Assembly: GCA_965203515.1 (NCBI GenBank)
Contig: OZ241907.1
Location: 1,024,001 to 1,088,000, forward strand
Direction: 5' to 3'
Source of the DNA: Spirochaetia bacterium
GTDB lineage: Bacteria; Spirochaetota; Spirochaetia; SZUA-6; Bin103
Length of the DNA stretch: 64,000 nucleotides
Shown here: piece after piece, positions 52,056 through 60,770 of the stretch
Numbering within the stretch: position 1 is the stretch's first letter
Layout of the letters: each line of letters opens with the position of its first letter
The notes under the pieces: generated by a model
Databases searched by the model: none
Seen by the model: the letters and a program-made list of their open reading frames with translations, nothing else
What the model was told of the DNA's origin: nothing
Position numbers and translations under genes: made by a program

Positions 52056-52278
52056 CTGTCGCGCGCCGAATACGCGGCTGCGCTGGCCGCCGCGCCGCCG
52101 GCATGGGGCGAGGGCGCCGACCGCCGGCACAACGCGCTGTTCACCCTGGCCGGTACGACCGCTGACGAGGTGCTGGCCGACCTGCCGCCGGCCAAACCCG
52201 ACATCGACACCATCGCCGCCGGCCCCGGCGTCGTGTTCTGGTCGGCGGTGAAGGAGCGCATCACCCGCTCGGCGTTCA
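52056..52278 (+). repeat. 223-bp duplicate of the internal part of the DUF1697 gene (42839-43061)
   Basis: direct sequence match with a few substitutions. Confidence 0.95.
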
Positions 52279-52385
52279 AAGCGGCTGGACGTTCCGGTTA
52301 GATGCTACTGTCGAGAATGGCGTGCGGCGTCGGACTGCCGGTGTACGACCGGACGCCATAACGGAATCGACAGTTCCAGAAATCG

Positions 52386-53564
52386 ATGTATATTGGAACC
52401 ATGTATGCCAGAGCGCTGCGCAGGCCGCTGGAGTTGGGCCACAGCTTCTTCCTGTTCGGACCGCGCGGAACCGGCAAGACCACGTGGCTGAAGCAGCGCC
52501 TGCCCGATGCCCTGTACTTCGACCTGCTCGACAGCGGGCTGTACGTCGACTTGCTGGCGCGGCCGGAACGGCTCGGCGAGCTGATACCGCCGGCGTATGA
52601 CGGCTGGGTCGTGCTGGATGAGATCCAGCGCATCCCGCTGTTGCTCAATGAGGTCCATCGGTTGATCGAAGCGCGCCCCGACACCCCGGTCGCCATGACC
52701 GGCTCGAGCGCCCGCAGCCTGCGCCGCCGCGGCGTCAACCTGCTGGCCGGGCGCGCCCACACCTATCGCATGCACCCGCTGACCGCCGGCGAGCTGGGCG
52801 CCGACTTCGACCCGGCGGCGGCGCTGCGCTACGGCCACCTGCCGGCGGTCCGCAGCGAACGCGATCCGGACGCGTATCTCGCCTCCTACGTGGAGACCTA
52901 TCTGCGCGAGGAGGTGATGCAGGAGGGGCTGACCCGCAACTTGGCGGCGTTCGGCCGCTTCCTGGAAGCCGCCAGCTTCTCGCAGGCGGCGCCGCTCAAC
53001 GTAGCGGCGGTGGCGCGCGACGCGGGGATGGAGCGGCGCACGGTCGCCAACTACTTCCAGGTGCTTGAAGACCTGCTCCTGGCGTGGCGCCTGCCGGCCT
53101 TCACGCGGCGGGCCGCGCGCCGGGTGACCGGCCATCCCAAGTTCTTCCTGTTCGACGCCGGCGTCTACCGCCGGATCCGCCCGCGCGGACCGCTCGACCG
53201 CCCGGAAGAGGCCGAGGGAGCGGGGTGGGAGACGCTGCTCCAGCAGGAGGTACGCGCGGTCAACGACTACGAGGGGCTGGGCTACGCCTTGTCCTACTGG
53301 CGCACGACCGCCGGCGCAGAGGTGGACCTGGTGGCGTACGGCGAGCGCGGCCTGCTGGCCTTCGAGGTAAAGCGGACCGGGCGCCTGCGCCGCGAAGACG
53401 GCGCGGGACTGCGCCAGTTCGCCCGCGACTATCCGCCGGCGAAGTGCTTCCTGCTGTACGGCGGCGACCGGCGCGAGTACCAGGGCGGCGTCGAAGTGTG
53501 GCCGCTGGCCGAGGCGCTGCGCTGCCTGCCCTCGATTCTGGCCGCCGGCGCGGGCGGCGGCTGA
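52386..53564 (+). CDS. AAA-family ATPase with DUF4143-like C-terminal domain
   Basis: GPRGTGKTT, LDEIQR, TGSSAR, KFFLFDAGV, EVDLV..AFEVK. Confidence 0.9.
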   Translation: MYIGTMYARALRRPLELGHSFFLFGPRGTGKTTWLKQRLPDALYFDLLDSGLYVDLLARPERLGELIPPAYDGWVVLDEIQRIPLLLNEVHRLIEARPDTPVAMTGSSARSLRRRGVNLLAGRAHTYRMHPLTAGELGADFDPAAALRYGHLPAVRSERDPDAYLASYVETYLREEVMQEGLTRNLAAFGRFLEAASFSQAAPLNVAAVARDAGMERRTVANYFQVLEDLLLAWRLPAFTRRAARRVTGHPKFFLFDAGVYRRIRPRGPLDRPEEAEGAGWETLLQQEVRAVNDYEGLGYALSYWRTTAGAEVDLVAYGERGLLAFEVKRTGRLRREDGAGLRQFARDYPPAKCFLLYGGDRREYQGGVEVWPLAEALRCLPSILAAGAGGG

Positions 53565-53836
53565 CCGCGCCGGCGGTACCATTCGACAGCGCCCGCCGCG
53601 CCGAAGCGTCCAACATCGGCGCCGGTTGTAGACCGTGCCGCTCGCTGCTCGCGCGTGGTCGTGCGCGTCGTACGCCGACGACTCACCCCTGCGATCCCGG
53701 CAGATGAAAGGTAACTACATGAAAGACAACGAGTTATGAGAAATTGGGGGGAGGGGGGGGGTGACAGCCGAAACGGAATCACCTAACCTGCCCCTCAGAC
53801 GTCAAGGGAGCAGCCTTGGCCGCGGTCGCCGCGACT

Positions 53837-53867
53837 GGGCTGTCTAACCAGCCGGGACCGCCCGCTC
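53837..53867. repeat. left inverted repeat of the lipoprotein B cassette
   Basis: GGGCTGTCTAACCAGCCGG(GACCGCCCGCTC) pairs with 55240-55275; outer 19 bp match at 17/19. Confidence 0.75.
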
Positions 53868-53882
53868 GCGGGACAGGGGGAG

Positions 53883-55235
53883 ATGATGAAGCACTTGGTG
53901 TATCTGGCTCTAGCGGCAGGCGCTCTTGCGATGACAGGATGTGACGACGTTGCAGCTCCGAAGCCTGCAGCTCCGCTGGCGGCCGCACCGGCCGCGCCTG
54001 CGCCTACGCCGGCCACACCGGCGGCCGAGTACTCCTGCGGCGATGGCTACATCTTCGACAGTGATCAATTGCCCGGGCCGGAAGGCGCGGTCGTCAATGA
54101 TGTCTTCTACTGGGGTTCGAGCACCTCGGGAGCGGCGCGATGCTTCTCTGACACTCGAAACAACAGCATAGTCGGCAGGGTAGAATCGAACACAGGCGAT
54201 GTTGCCACAGGCGCAACAGTCATGTCAGTTACCCTTTCTGGCGAACTCAGGTGGTATCTCATACTTGAATTCTCCGATGGCACCTACTGTTCTGCGGCCA
54301 CTGCAGGGGATGGGAGAGCGACCTGCTTTGCAACGGTGGAACGAGATGCTACTGGATTTCGCGTAGACGATCTCCCTGCTGTTCCACTTCCTGTTCCTGA
54401 AGGCGCACCGGAGCGTCCTGTTGTAGATCCTCCCGGTGGTCCCGGTCCTGGTGGTGGCGACGTGGGCGGGGGGCATACCGGTGCCCCGGAGCCTGCCCCG
54501 AAGCCGGAAAAGAGGAAATTCAAGAATGCAAGGGTCGCCTATATTGCGGACCCGGACCAGAGCCGAGGCGGCGTTGACCGCCTGAGATTCGTTACCCGGT
54601 ATGGATTGGACGATCACGACGATCTTCCTGACGAACGTAGGTTGTATTTAATACTTAAGTTGAACGTTCCACGTGACGGTTACATCACCTCTCATAATTG
54701 TATTGTGGCTACTACAGGGAATGGGAGAGTGACCTGCGTTGCACCGTTGAAATTCTGGTGGGACCATTCTCACTGCAGCGACGGCGAATGCAATGGAGAC
54801 GGTGATGGTCATATGCGGTTTACATATAACGCCACAGGACGGACCGCGCCGCATCCATCAGTAGACCATTTCCCTACCTCTACCTCGCCTCAATCTTCCG
54901 ACGGCGACAATGCCATAGGCGTGACAGCCTATCTCATCTATAGTGATGTGCAAAACAACCCTCGCCACTATGGCAGGGAGACTTTTTACGTACCTCCAGG
55001 CTGGCCTAGTTCTCCTAGCACAGATAGGTGGTATTTCATACTTGCATTCTCCGACCTCCACCCGCATCGCCCGTTTGATCTCGATCTCGATCCAAACGGG
55101 GTCAATGATCATACCTTCTGTATTGCGGCAACTAAAGGTGATGGAATAGTGACCTGCCATGAAATGGTGAAAGGAGTTTCTACTAAATATGCGAATGGTT
55201 ACATTGACCAATGGGAAGTACCATACGTGCCGTAG
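53883..55235 (+). CDS. modular lipoprotein B of unknown family
   Basis: lipobox AMTGC; N-domain near-identical to lipoprotein A; divergent C-module with the same Cys scaffold. Confidence 0.88.
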   Translation: MMKHLVYLALAAGALAMTGCDDVAAPKPAAPLAAAPAAPAPTPATPAAEYSCGDGYIFDSDQLPGPEGAVVNDVFYWGSSTSGAARCFSDTRNNSIVGRVESNTGDVATGATVMSVTLSGELRWYLILEFSDGTYCSAATAGDGRATCFATVERDATGFRVDDLPAVPLPVPEGAPERPVVDPPGGPGPGGGDVGGGHTGAPEPAPKPEKRKFKNARVAYIADPDQSRGGVDRLRFVTRYGLDDHDDLPDERRLYLILKLNVPRDGYITSHNCIVATTGNGRVTCVAPLKFWWDHSHCSDGECNGDGDGHMRFTYNATGRTAPHPSVDHFPTSTSPQSSDGDNAIGVTAYLIYSDVQNNPRHYGRETFYVPPGWPSSPSTDRWYFILAFSDLHPHRPFDLDLDPNGVNDHTFCIAATKGDGIVTCHEMVKGVSTKYANGYIDQWEVPYVP

Positions 55236-55239
55236 CGGT

Positions 55240-55275
55240 GAGCGGTGAGGTGGTCACCGGTTGGTTAGACAGTCC
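55240..55275. repeat. right inverted repeat of the lipoprotein B cassette
   Basis: GAGCGGTGAGGTGGTCACCGGTTGGTTAGACAGTCC, starting 5 bp after the stop codon. Confidence 0.75.
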
Positions 55276-55384
55276 GAGGGGCGTTGACCGTGGCGCAGTT
55301 GGGCGAACAACACGCCGCTGAACCGGGTCTATCTCACTTCCATGCTACTGACGATCAGACTGCCTCGGGCACTTTTGCAAAGTT

Positions 55385-55957
55385 CCTCGTTGAAGAGCTG
55401 CGGCGCGGCCAGCAGCTCCGGCGTCTCGGCCTGGTAGCGCCGCAACTGCGCTACGCCGCGCTCGATGGCGCCGGCGTCGGTCGGGTTCTTGTGCTCGACG
55501 ATCGCCGCCGGCACGCCGTTGACCACGAAACATCACGTCGGCGCGGTTGCCCTTGCGGGCCGGCGGCTTGAGGCGCCACTCCCAGGTGACGTGCAGGGCG
55601 TTGGCGGCCGGCGTCTCGAAGTCGATCACGCGCACCGGCCGGTGGCGCCGCTCGGCATCGTCGTAGACCTGCCGCGCGCCGCGCAGCCAAGCCAGCGCCT
55701 CGCGGTTGCCGTCGATCGTGGCCGGCAGCGCTTCGAGCCGCTCCACCACCGCGCGCGCCGCGCCGCCGTTCATCCAGGGATTGAACCGCCGCAGGGTCTC
55801 TTCCAGCACGCCGCGGAACAGCATGCCGTCCGGCCCGCCGCACAGTTCCAGCGCCGCCGCCGGGGGCAGGGGAGTCCACCCGATCTCCTGATCTCCTCCG
55901 CATGCCGCACCATTGGAAACTGCGCCGCCCCGCCTCCGTGATCCCACCTTCCGTCAC
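55385..55957 (-). pseudogene. hsdR: type I restriction enzyme HsdR N-terminal remnant (frameshifted, truncated)
   Basis: [40 protein letters not shown] spread over several frames. Confidence 0.82.
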
Positions 55958-55965
55958 GGCAAGCC

Positions 55966-56056
55966 CTACCGGCTATCCGATACCGGGGGCAACATCGGTT
56001 CGATCTTCGCAATCAGCGGCGGCAAGCGGGCTTGGTCATTCATCATTCTTGAACAT
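55966..56056 (-). pseudogene. HEPN/DUF86 remnant (copy C)
   Basis: MFKND..QARL joined to PPLIAKIEPMLPP, with a 4-bp duplication causing an early stop. Confidence 0.65.
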
Positions 56057-56348
56057 ATTGATCTTCCGCGATGGCAAGCACGTCCCGGCGAAAGTATGGA
56101 CTCAGGTCTTCCGGCGTTCGCAGGTCCACCTTGCGGCCGTCGAACAGCTCCGCCAACTCCATTTCCATGCCGGCAATGCCGAGCAGACCGGGAACGCGAT
56201 TCGGTTGAAACTCCACCAGCATGTCGATGTCACTTTCCGGGCCGAAGTCGTCCCGCAACGCCGAACCGAAGATCGCCATGCGCTTGATGCCGTGCTCCCT
56301 GCAGAACGCGGCAAGCGCGGGCTTGGACACGGAGACTTGCCGGTTCAT
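56043..56348 (-). CDS. minimal nucleotidyltransferase (MNT antitoxin), copy C
   Basis: protein identical to 49637-49942. Confidence 0.93.
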   Translation of the reverse strand: MNRQVSVSKPALAAFCREHGIKRMAIFGSALRDDFGPESDIDMLVEFQPNRVPGLLGIAGMEMELAELFDGRKVDLRTPEDLSPYFRRDVLAIAEDQYVQE

Positions 56349-58036
56349 CGCCGCTCCTCTGCTTCCGGCTTCAACAGGTCGACCAGGTCGGCCCGGCGGA
56401 AGGCCGCGGCCAGCCGTTGCAGCGTTGGCGCCCGCCCGCCGAACAGCGAGCCGAGCGCAGCGTCGATCTGACGCTCGGCATGGGCCAAGTAGCGGCCGCC
56501 GTGCCGTTCGATCAGTTGCCGCGCCCGCGCGAAGTTGCGGTGATCGAGACCGGCGAGTGCAACGCCCAGTTCTTCCAGAAGAGAGCGTCCCATGAGCATG
56601 GCGACGAATCGCGAGCCGTAGGCGAGGAAGTCGGGCGCATCGTCCGGGGCGTTCCTGCGGCGCGCTTCCGCCGTGCCGAGCAGCAGGGCGGCGACCACCG
56701 CCTGCGCGCCGTTCAGGTCCTGCGTGAAGATCGTGTCGTACAGCGCGCCGAAGTGGTCGCGGCCCCGGAACCGGGCCTGATGCGGCCGGCGTCGCCAGAC
56801 CGCCAGCACCGCCTCCGCGACCGCGGCGCTGGTGAACTCGTCGGCCGCTGGCGCCCGGTCCTCACGCTTGGTCCGGTACCGGTACCCCAACCCGGAGATC
56901 GACGTAGCGAGGTCCTGTTGGCGCCGGTCGTTCGCCCGCAAGTCGCGCAGATCGACCGGGTTCTGACTGTTGGTGGCAAACGTGATCGCCTCCACCAGGG
57001 CGTCGTCGTGGCGCTCCAGCTCGTAGATGCGGACCAGCACCTCCGCCGTCTCGATGTCCGGCCCGATCTCGCTGGCGATCTGCTGCACGGTGCGGGCGGT
57101 CTGTCCGCCGTTGACGATTTGCAGGTCGTCTACCTGCACGCTCCAGTGCTCTCGTTGCAGCGCGTTGTGGCGAAACTTGGAACAGACGATCGTGACTCCG
57201 TTGTTGTAGAAGTAGAAGTTGGGCCGCTGGTCCTTGCTGCGCAGGGTGGCCGCCACGGCCTCGTTCACCCGGTTGCCGGCAAGCCCCGGATAGCGGCGGA
57301 TGTTCCGTTCGAACAGTCGGTTGTCGTACCGGTCGGTCAGCCGTGCGAGCTCGGCGACCGACATGCGCCCCGTCAACACGCGCCGAAAGGCAAACGTCTC
57401 GACCGTGGCCTGCCCGATGAACTGCAGCTCCGCGTCGATCGGCTTCCGCGCCTGCAACAGCGCGAGGAGCTCCTTGGAGCCGAGGTAGCGCCATGAGACC
57501 TGCTCGCCGAAGTTGGCGGCGGCATTGTCGATGCGCTGCTGCGCCTGCGCGGTCCAACGCACCCCGTTGTTGGCGGCCACCGCGGTCACCCGCGGAATCG
57601 CGCCGGCCCTGACGAACGAACGGATCTCCTCGACCCGTTGCGTCAGCCGCCGGTTCAAGGTAACCGGCCGCTCGGGATCGAACAGCACGCCGGCGGCGTC
57701 GATCATCTTTGCGATCCCGTTCTCCGGGAACGCCGCGCCGCCGCGCAGGTCGGATCGGTATTTCCCTTGCATCAGGACGATCGGCAGCTCGCCGTTCTCC
57801 GGGGGCCCGAAGTACAGAGCGTCCACGCCGAAGTCGTCGGCCCCATCGACGATCCCGTCGAACGCCTCCCGGTCAGTGAGGTCGAACGCCGTCCGGGCGG
57901 CGAGAAGCACGAATGCCGCCGAACGCATCTTCTGCTCGTCGTTGCCCAGCCGAAGCTCGCCGGCAAGAAGGTCCGCGTGCCGCTCGACGATGCCCGACAC
58001 CTGTTGATCGATGATCTGCGCAGCCAGGGAGGTCAT
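56345..58036 (-). CDS. AIPR-family protein (intact copy C)
   Basis: DFGVDALY, LFERNIR, FYFYNNGVTIVC, QIVNGGQT, ATNSQNPV..RDL. Confidence 0.92.
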   Translation of the reverse strand: MTSLAAQIIDQQVSGIVERHADLLAGELRLGNDEQKMRSAAFVLLAARTAFDLTDREAFDGIVDGADDFGVDALYFGPPENGELPIVLMQGKYRSDLRGGAAFPENGIAKMIDAAGVLFDPERPVTLNRRLTQRVEEIRSFVRAGAIPRVTAVAANNGVRWTAQAQQRIDNAAANFGEQVSWRYLGSKELLALLQARKPIDAELQFIGQATVETFAFRRVLTGRMSVAELARLTDRYDNRLFERNIRRYPGLAGNRVNEAVAATLRSKDQRPNFYFYNNGVTIVCSKFRHNALQREHWSVQVDDLQIVNGGQTARTVQQIASEIGPDIETAEVLVRIYELERHDDALVEAITFATNSQNPVDLRDLRANDRRQQDLATSISGLGYRYRTKREDRAPAADEFTSAAVAEAVLAVWRRRPHQARFRGRDHFGALYDTIFTQDLNGAQAVVAALLLGTAEARRRNAPDDAPDFLAYGSRFVAMLMGRSLLEELGVALAGLDHRNFARARQLIERHGGRYLAHAERQIDAALGSLFGGRAPTLQRLAAAFRRADLVDLLKPEAEERR

Positions 58037-58039
58037 CGT

Positions 58040-59101
58040 TCATTCCGGCGGGCGGCGGTGCGGTCCGCGAGGCGGTGACGGTAACGGTGATGCGCGGCGC
58101 ACAGCAGACGGCGCCGAAGTACGGGTGGCGGCGGTCGGCGAGGGCCGTTTCGCTGCCGCCTCCACGCCGGCGGCACGGTCCGCGTCCGCCCGCTCTATCG
58201 GCGGCGAAGTCCCGGCATCGGCCGGCAGTGCAGCCTGCTCAACCGCCGAGACCGTGTCGGCGTCCGATTCGGCCCGTTTCTTCGGCGCCGAAGTTTGCGC
58301 GGCGTCCGCGGCGCTGTTGACCGGGCGCCGGCCGCGCGGAGGCCGGGCCGGGTCATGGCGATCCAGCGCCTCCCGTACCAGCCGGCCCAAGAGCTGGCCT
58401 GCCGTCAGATGCGGATCGACGTGGGAAAGAAGGCCCCTGAGCCGCTCCAGCCCATGCCGGCAATCGTCGTCGATTACCGCCTTGATCTCCCATCGCCCCG
58501 CGCCCAGCGGGCGCATCCGCTCCGCCGGCGCCGCCAGCTCGGGAGCGGCGTTCGCCAACAACTCCTGTACCTGCCGCGTGCTCCTGCCGGCCGCCTGCTC
58601 CACCAGCGCTCGCCGCGCCGACGCGTCCAACATCGGCGCCATCGCCGGCCCCGGCGCTGGCCGCGGTTCCGCCGGCCGGGCCGGCCCCGATTTCGGCGCC
58701 GTCGAGCCGGCTCCCGCCCCTGCGCGGCGCCCCGCGCGCCCCCGCTTGCGCTCCTGCTGATCGAAGGCGTTCTACAACTGCGCCGCCGCATTCAGCGTCA
58801 GCGAGCCGTCCCGCAGCCGCTCGCGCGCGCCTTCGACGTCCGCGCACAACCGCATCGCCTTGATGCGCCGCCAAGCCGCCGCGTCGCTGTACCCCAGCTC
58901 GCGCACCGCGTAATCGAACAGGCTGGAGAAGCCCAGCGTCAGATACAGACGGCGCCGGTGAAGCTCGCGCAGATGATCGATGACCACCACCTCAAGTTCG
59001 TGTTCCAGCCCGGACAACTCCTTGATCCGTTCCAACAATCGCTGGTCGGAAAGAGCGGAGACCGTGGTCATGATCTCTACGTTCGAGCTCGCATTATCCA
59101 T
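58040..59101 (-). pseudogene. HNH-associated (DUF222-like) gene with nonsense stop and deleted HNH domain
   Basis: LSDQRLL..HLRELHRRRLYL..GFSSLFDY..LGYS; TAG at 58772; TSAP joined directly to the 3' tail seen in the 47709 copy. Confidence 0.82.
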
Positions 59102-59205
59102 GAAAACAATATACTCAAAAGATGAAGCAGAGGCAAGCTTCATTCGATAATCAACTTTGCGAAGTGTGGTCACCAATAGTCCCCATCAGGAAGATCGTAG
59201 ATCAT

Positions 59206-59945
59206 CTACGCGATCTCGCTCGTCATCAATATCCGAAGAAGCGATCTGAACAGCTCTTCCAATAATGCGGCCTTACGCCGATGGAAGTCGACGGCTTCGC
59301 GCACCTTGCTCAGCGCTTGCACGATGGCCTGTTGTTCGCGTTTCGGAGGATGCGGCACCTTGAGCGCGGCCAGCCTGCTGCGGGACAGATTCGGGATCGT
59401 GGTCTTGTTGCCGGCGCCTTCGAAGATGCCGAGCTGGGTGAAGGCGGATTGCAGGAAGTACACGTAGAAGCGGGGCTCCACATCTTCAATCAGGCGCAGG
59501 CGATGCAGGTGATTCTGGAACGACATCGTTTCCACTTCGCCGTTCCAGATCGCCGCGCGGCCGATCTCGCCGCCTTCGCACACCAGCAGGTCGCCGGGAC
59601 GCAGCAGCTTGTCGGGCAATTCGTGCTGCGGGATCGACATCTCGGCCAACGGACGGATGTCCTCGGCCGGGATGAAGTTCTTGGGGCGGCCCTTGCGCAC
59701 GCGCCGGCCGGCGTTCACCAGCACGATCCGATCCTTCCGCGCCGCCGGCTTGCGCTTTGCCAGCACCACGATCACGCCGGCGGCGCTGGTATTGTAGAAC
59801 AGGTTGTCGGGCATCAGGATCACGCCGTCGATCAGGTCGCGGTCCACGAACCACTTGCGAATCGCGCGCTCGCGGTCCTCGTGCTTGCTGCCGGAGCCGC
59901 GGGTCACCGCGCCGGTGTCGAGCACCCACGGCGCGCCGTGCACGC
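59206..59945 (-). pseudogene. in-frame fusion of HsdM and HsdS fragments (type I RM remnant)
   Basis: HsdM-like [23 protein letters not shown]; HsdS-like [45 protein letters not shown]. Confidence 0.85.
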
Positions 59946-60019
59946 AAGGGCCAGCCGTCAGCATCCGTTGACACGAAGCCGGCCGGAAAGCATCTTCTTG
60001 ACGTAGGGGGAAGGTGCCC

Positions 60020-60565
60020 ATGATGACGGACGAGCCAATCCGGCAACGGGCATGGCTCGGTCTCCTGGATGCGGACCGCGAGACGCTGTACCTGTTGTTT
60101 CTCGCAAACAAGATGAGGCAGGTCCATCGAATCGCTTCCACGATCGTTGCGGTCGGTTCTACGGCCGCGTTCGCATCGTTCGTCGTCGGCGCGTCGGGAG
60201 TCGGCGGCGCGCCGCAAGCGGGGACGGTCGGGCTGCAGACCGGAGTGGTCGGCAGCGCTATCAGCCTGCTGGTGGCTGTCGTCGCCATATGGTCCATGAT
60301 CTCCGACTACTCCAGGAAGGCCGTGATCGCAACATCCCTTTCCGGCGAGTGCTCGGAGCTGGCTTCGAGGTGGCGAAGGCTTTGGATCGACCTGGGCGAC
60401 CTGGGCGACGATGAGGCGCTGAAGCGGGTAGAGGACCTGGAGCGCGCGGACCGGGAAATCACCAGATCGGTTCCCCACGAGCTGGGAATCAACCGCAGGC
60501 TCAATGAGAAATGCGCCGAGCAGGCATACCAACTCATCAAGCAAGAGTACCCCGCTGCCGCGTGA
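60020..60565 (+). CDS. two-TM hypothetical protein, SLATT-like topology
   Basis: two hydrophobic helices then a helical charged C-terminus; at the edge of the defence island. Confidence 0.6.
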   Translation: MMTDEPIRQRAWLGLLDADRETLYLLFLANKMRQVHRIASTIVAVGSTAAFASFVVGASGVGGAPQAGTVGLQTGVVGSAISLLVAVVAIWSMISDYSRKAVIATSLSGECSELASRWRRLWIDLGDLGDDEALKRVEDLERADREITRSVPHELGINRRLNEKCAEQAYQLIKQEYPAAA

Positions 60566-60770
60566 CGGCGGGCCGGGTCGATCCTTGAGCCGAAGTCACC
60601 GCAGACCGGCGGCTGACGGGTCGGATCGAGGCGGGCGGTAACCAAGTATACAAGGTCTCGCACGCACCGGGGCCTGAGGAACCGGTCCGTGCGGCGTTTC
60701 CGGCCCAGGCGGATGCGGTCGAGGCGGCCGGTTGGCGAGCAGGCGCCGCGGCCCCTACCATGGCGGCGCG

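Noticed and set aside
52043..52305. GGCTGTCAACC ... GGTTAGATGC around the DUF1697 fragment resembling the cassette IRs
   Set aside because: Too short and degenerate to distinguish from chance.
43217..55235. Diversity-generating retroelement acting on the lipoproteins
   Set aside because: No reverse transcriptase in the window; differences between copies are not adenine-specific and include indels.
53837..55275. Integron attC sites (GTCTAAC / GTTAGAC match RYYYAAC / GTTRRRY)
   Set aside because: The motifs enclose the whole 1.4-kb gene rather than forming a short downstream attC, and no integron integrase is present. Kept only as inverted repeats.
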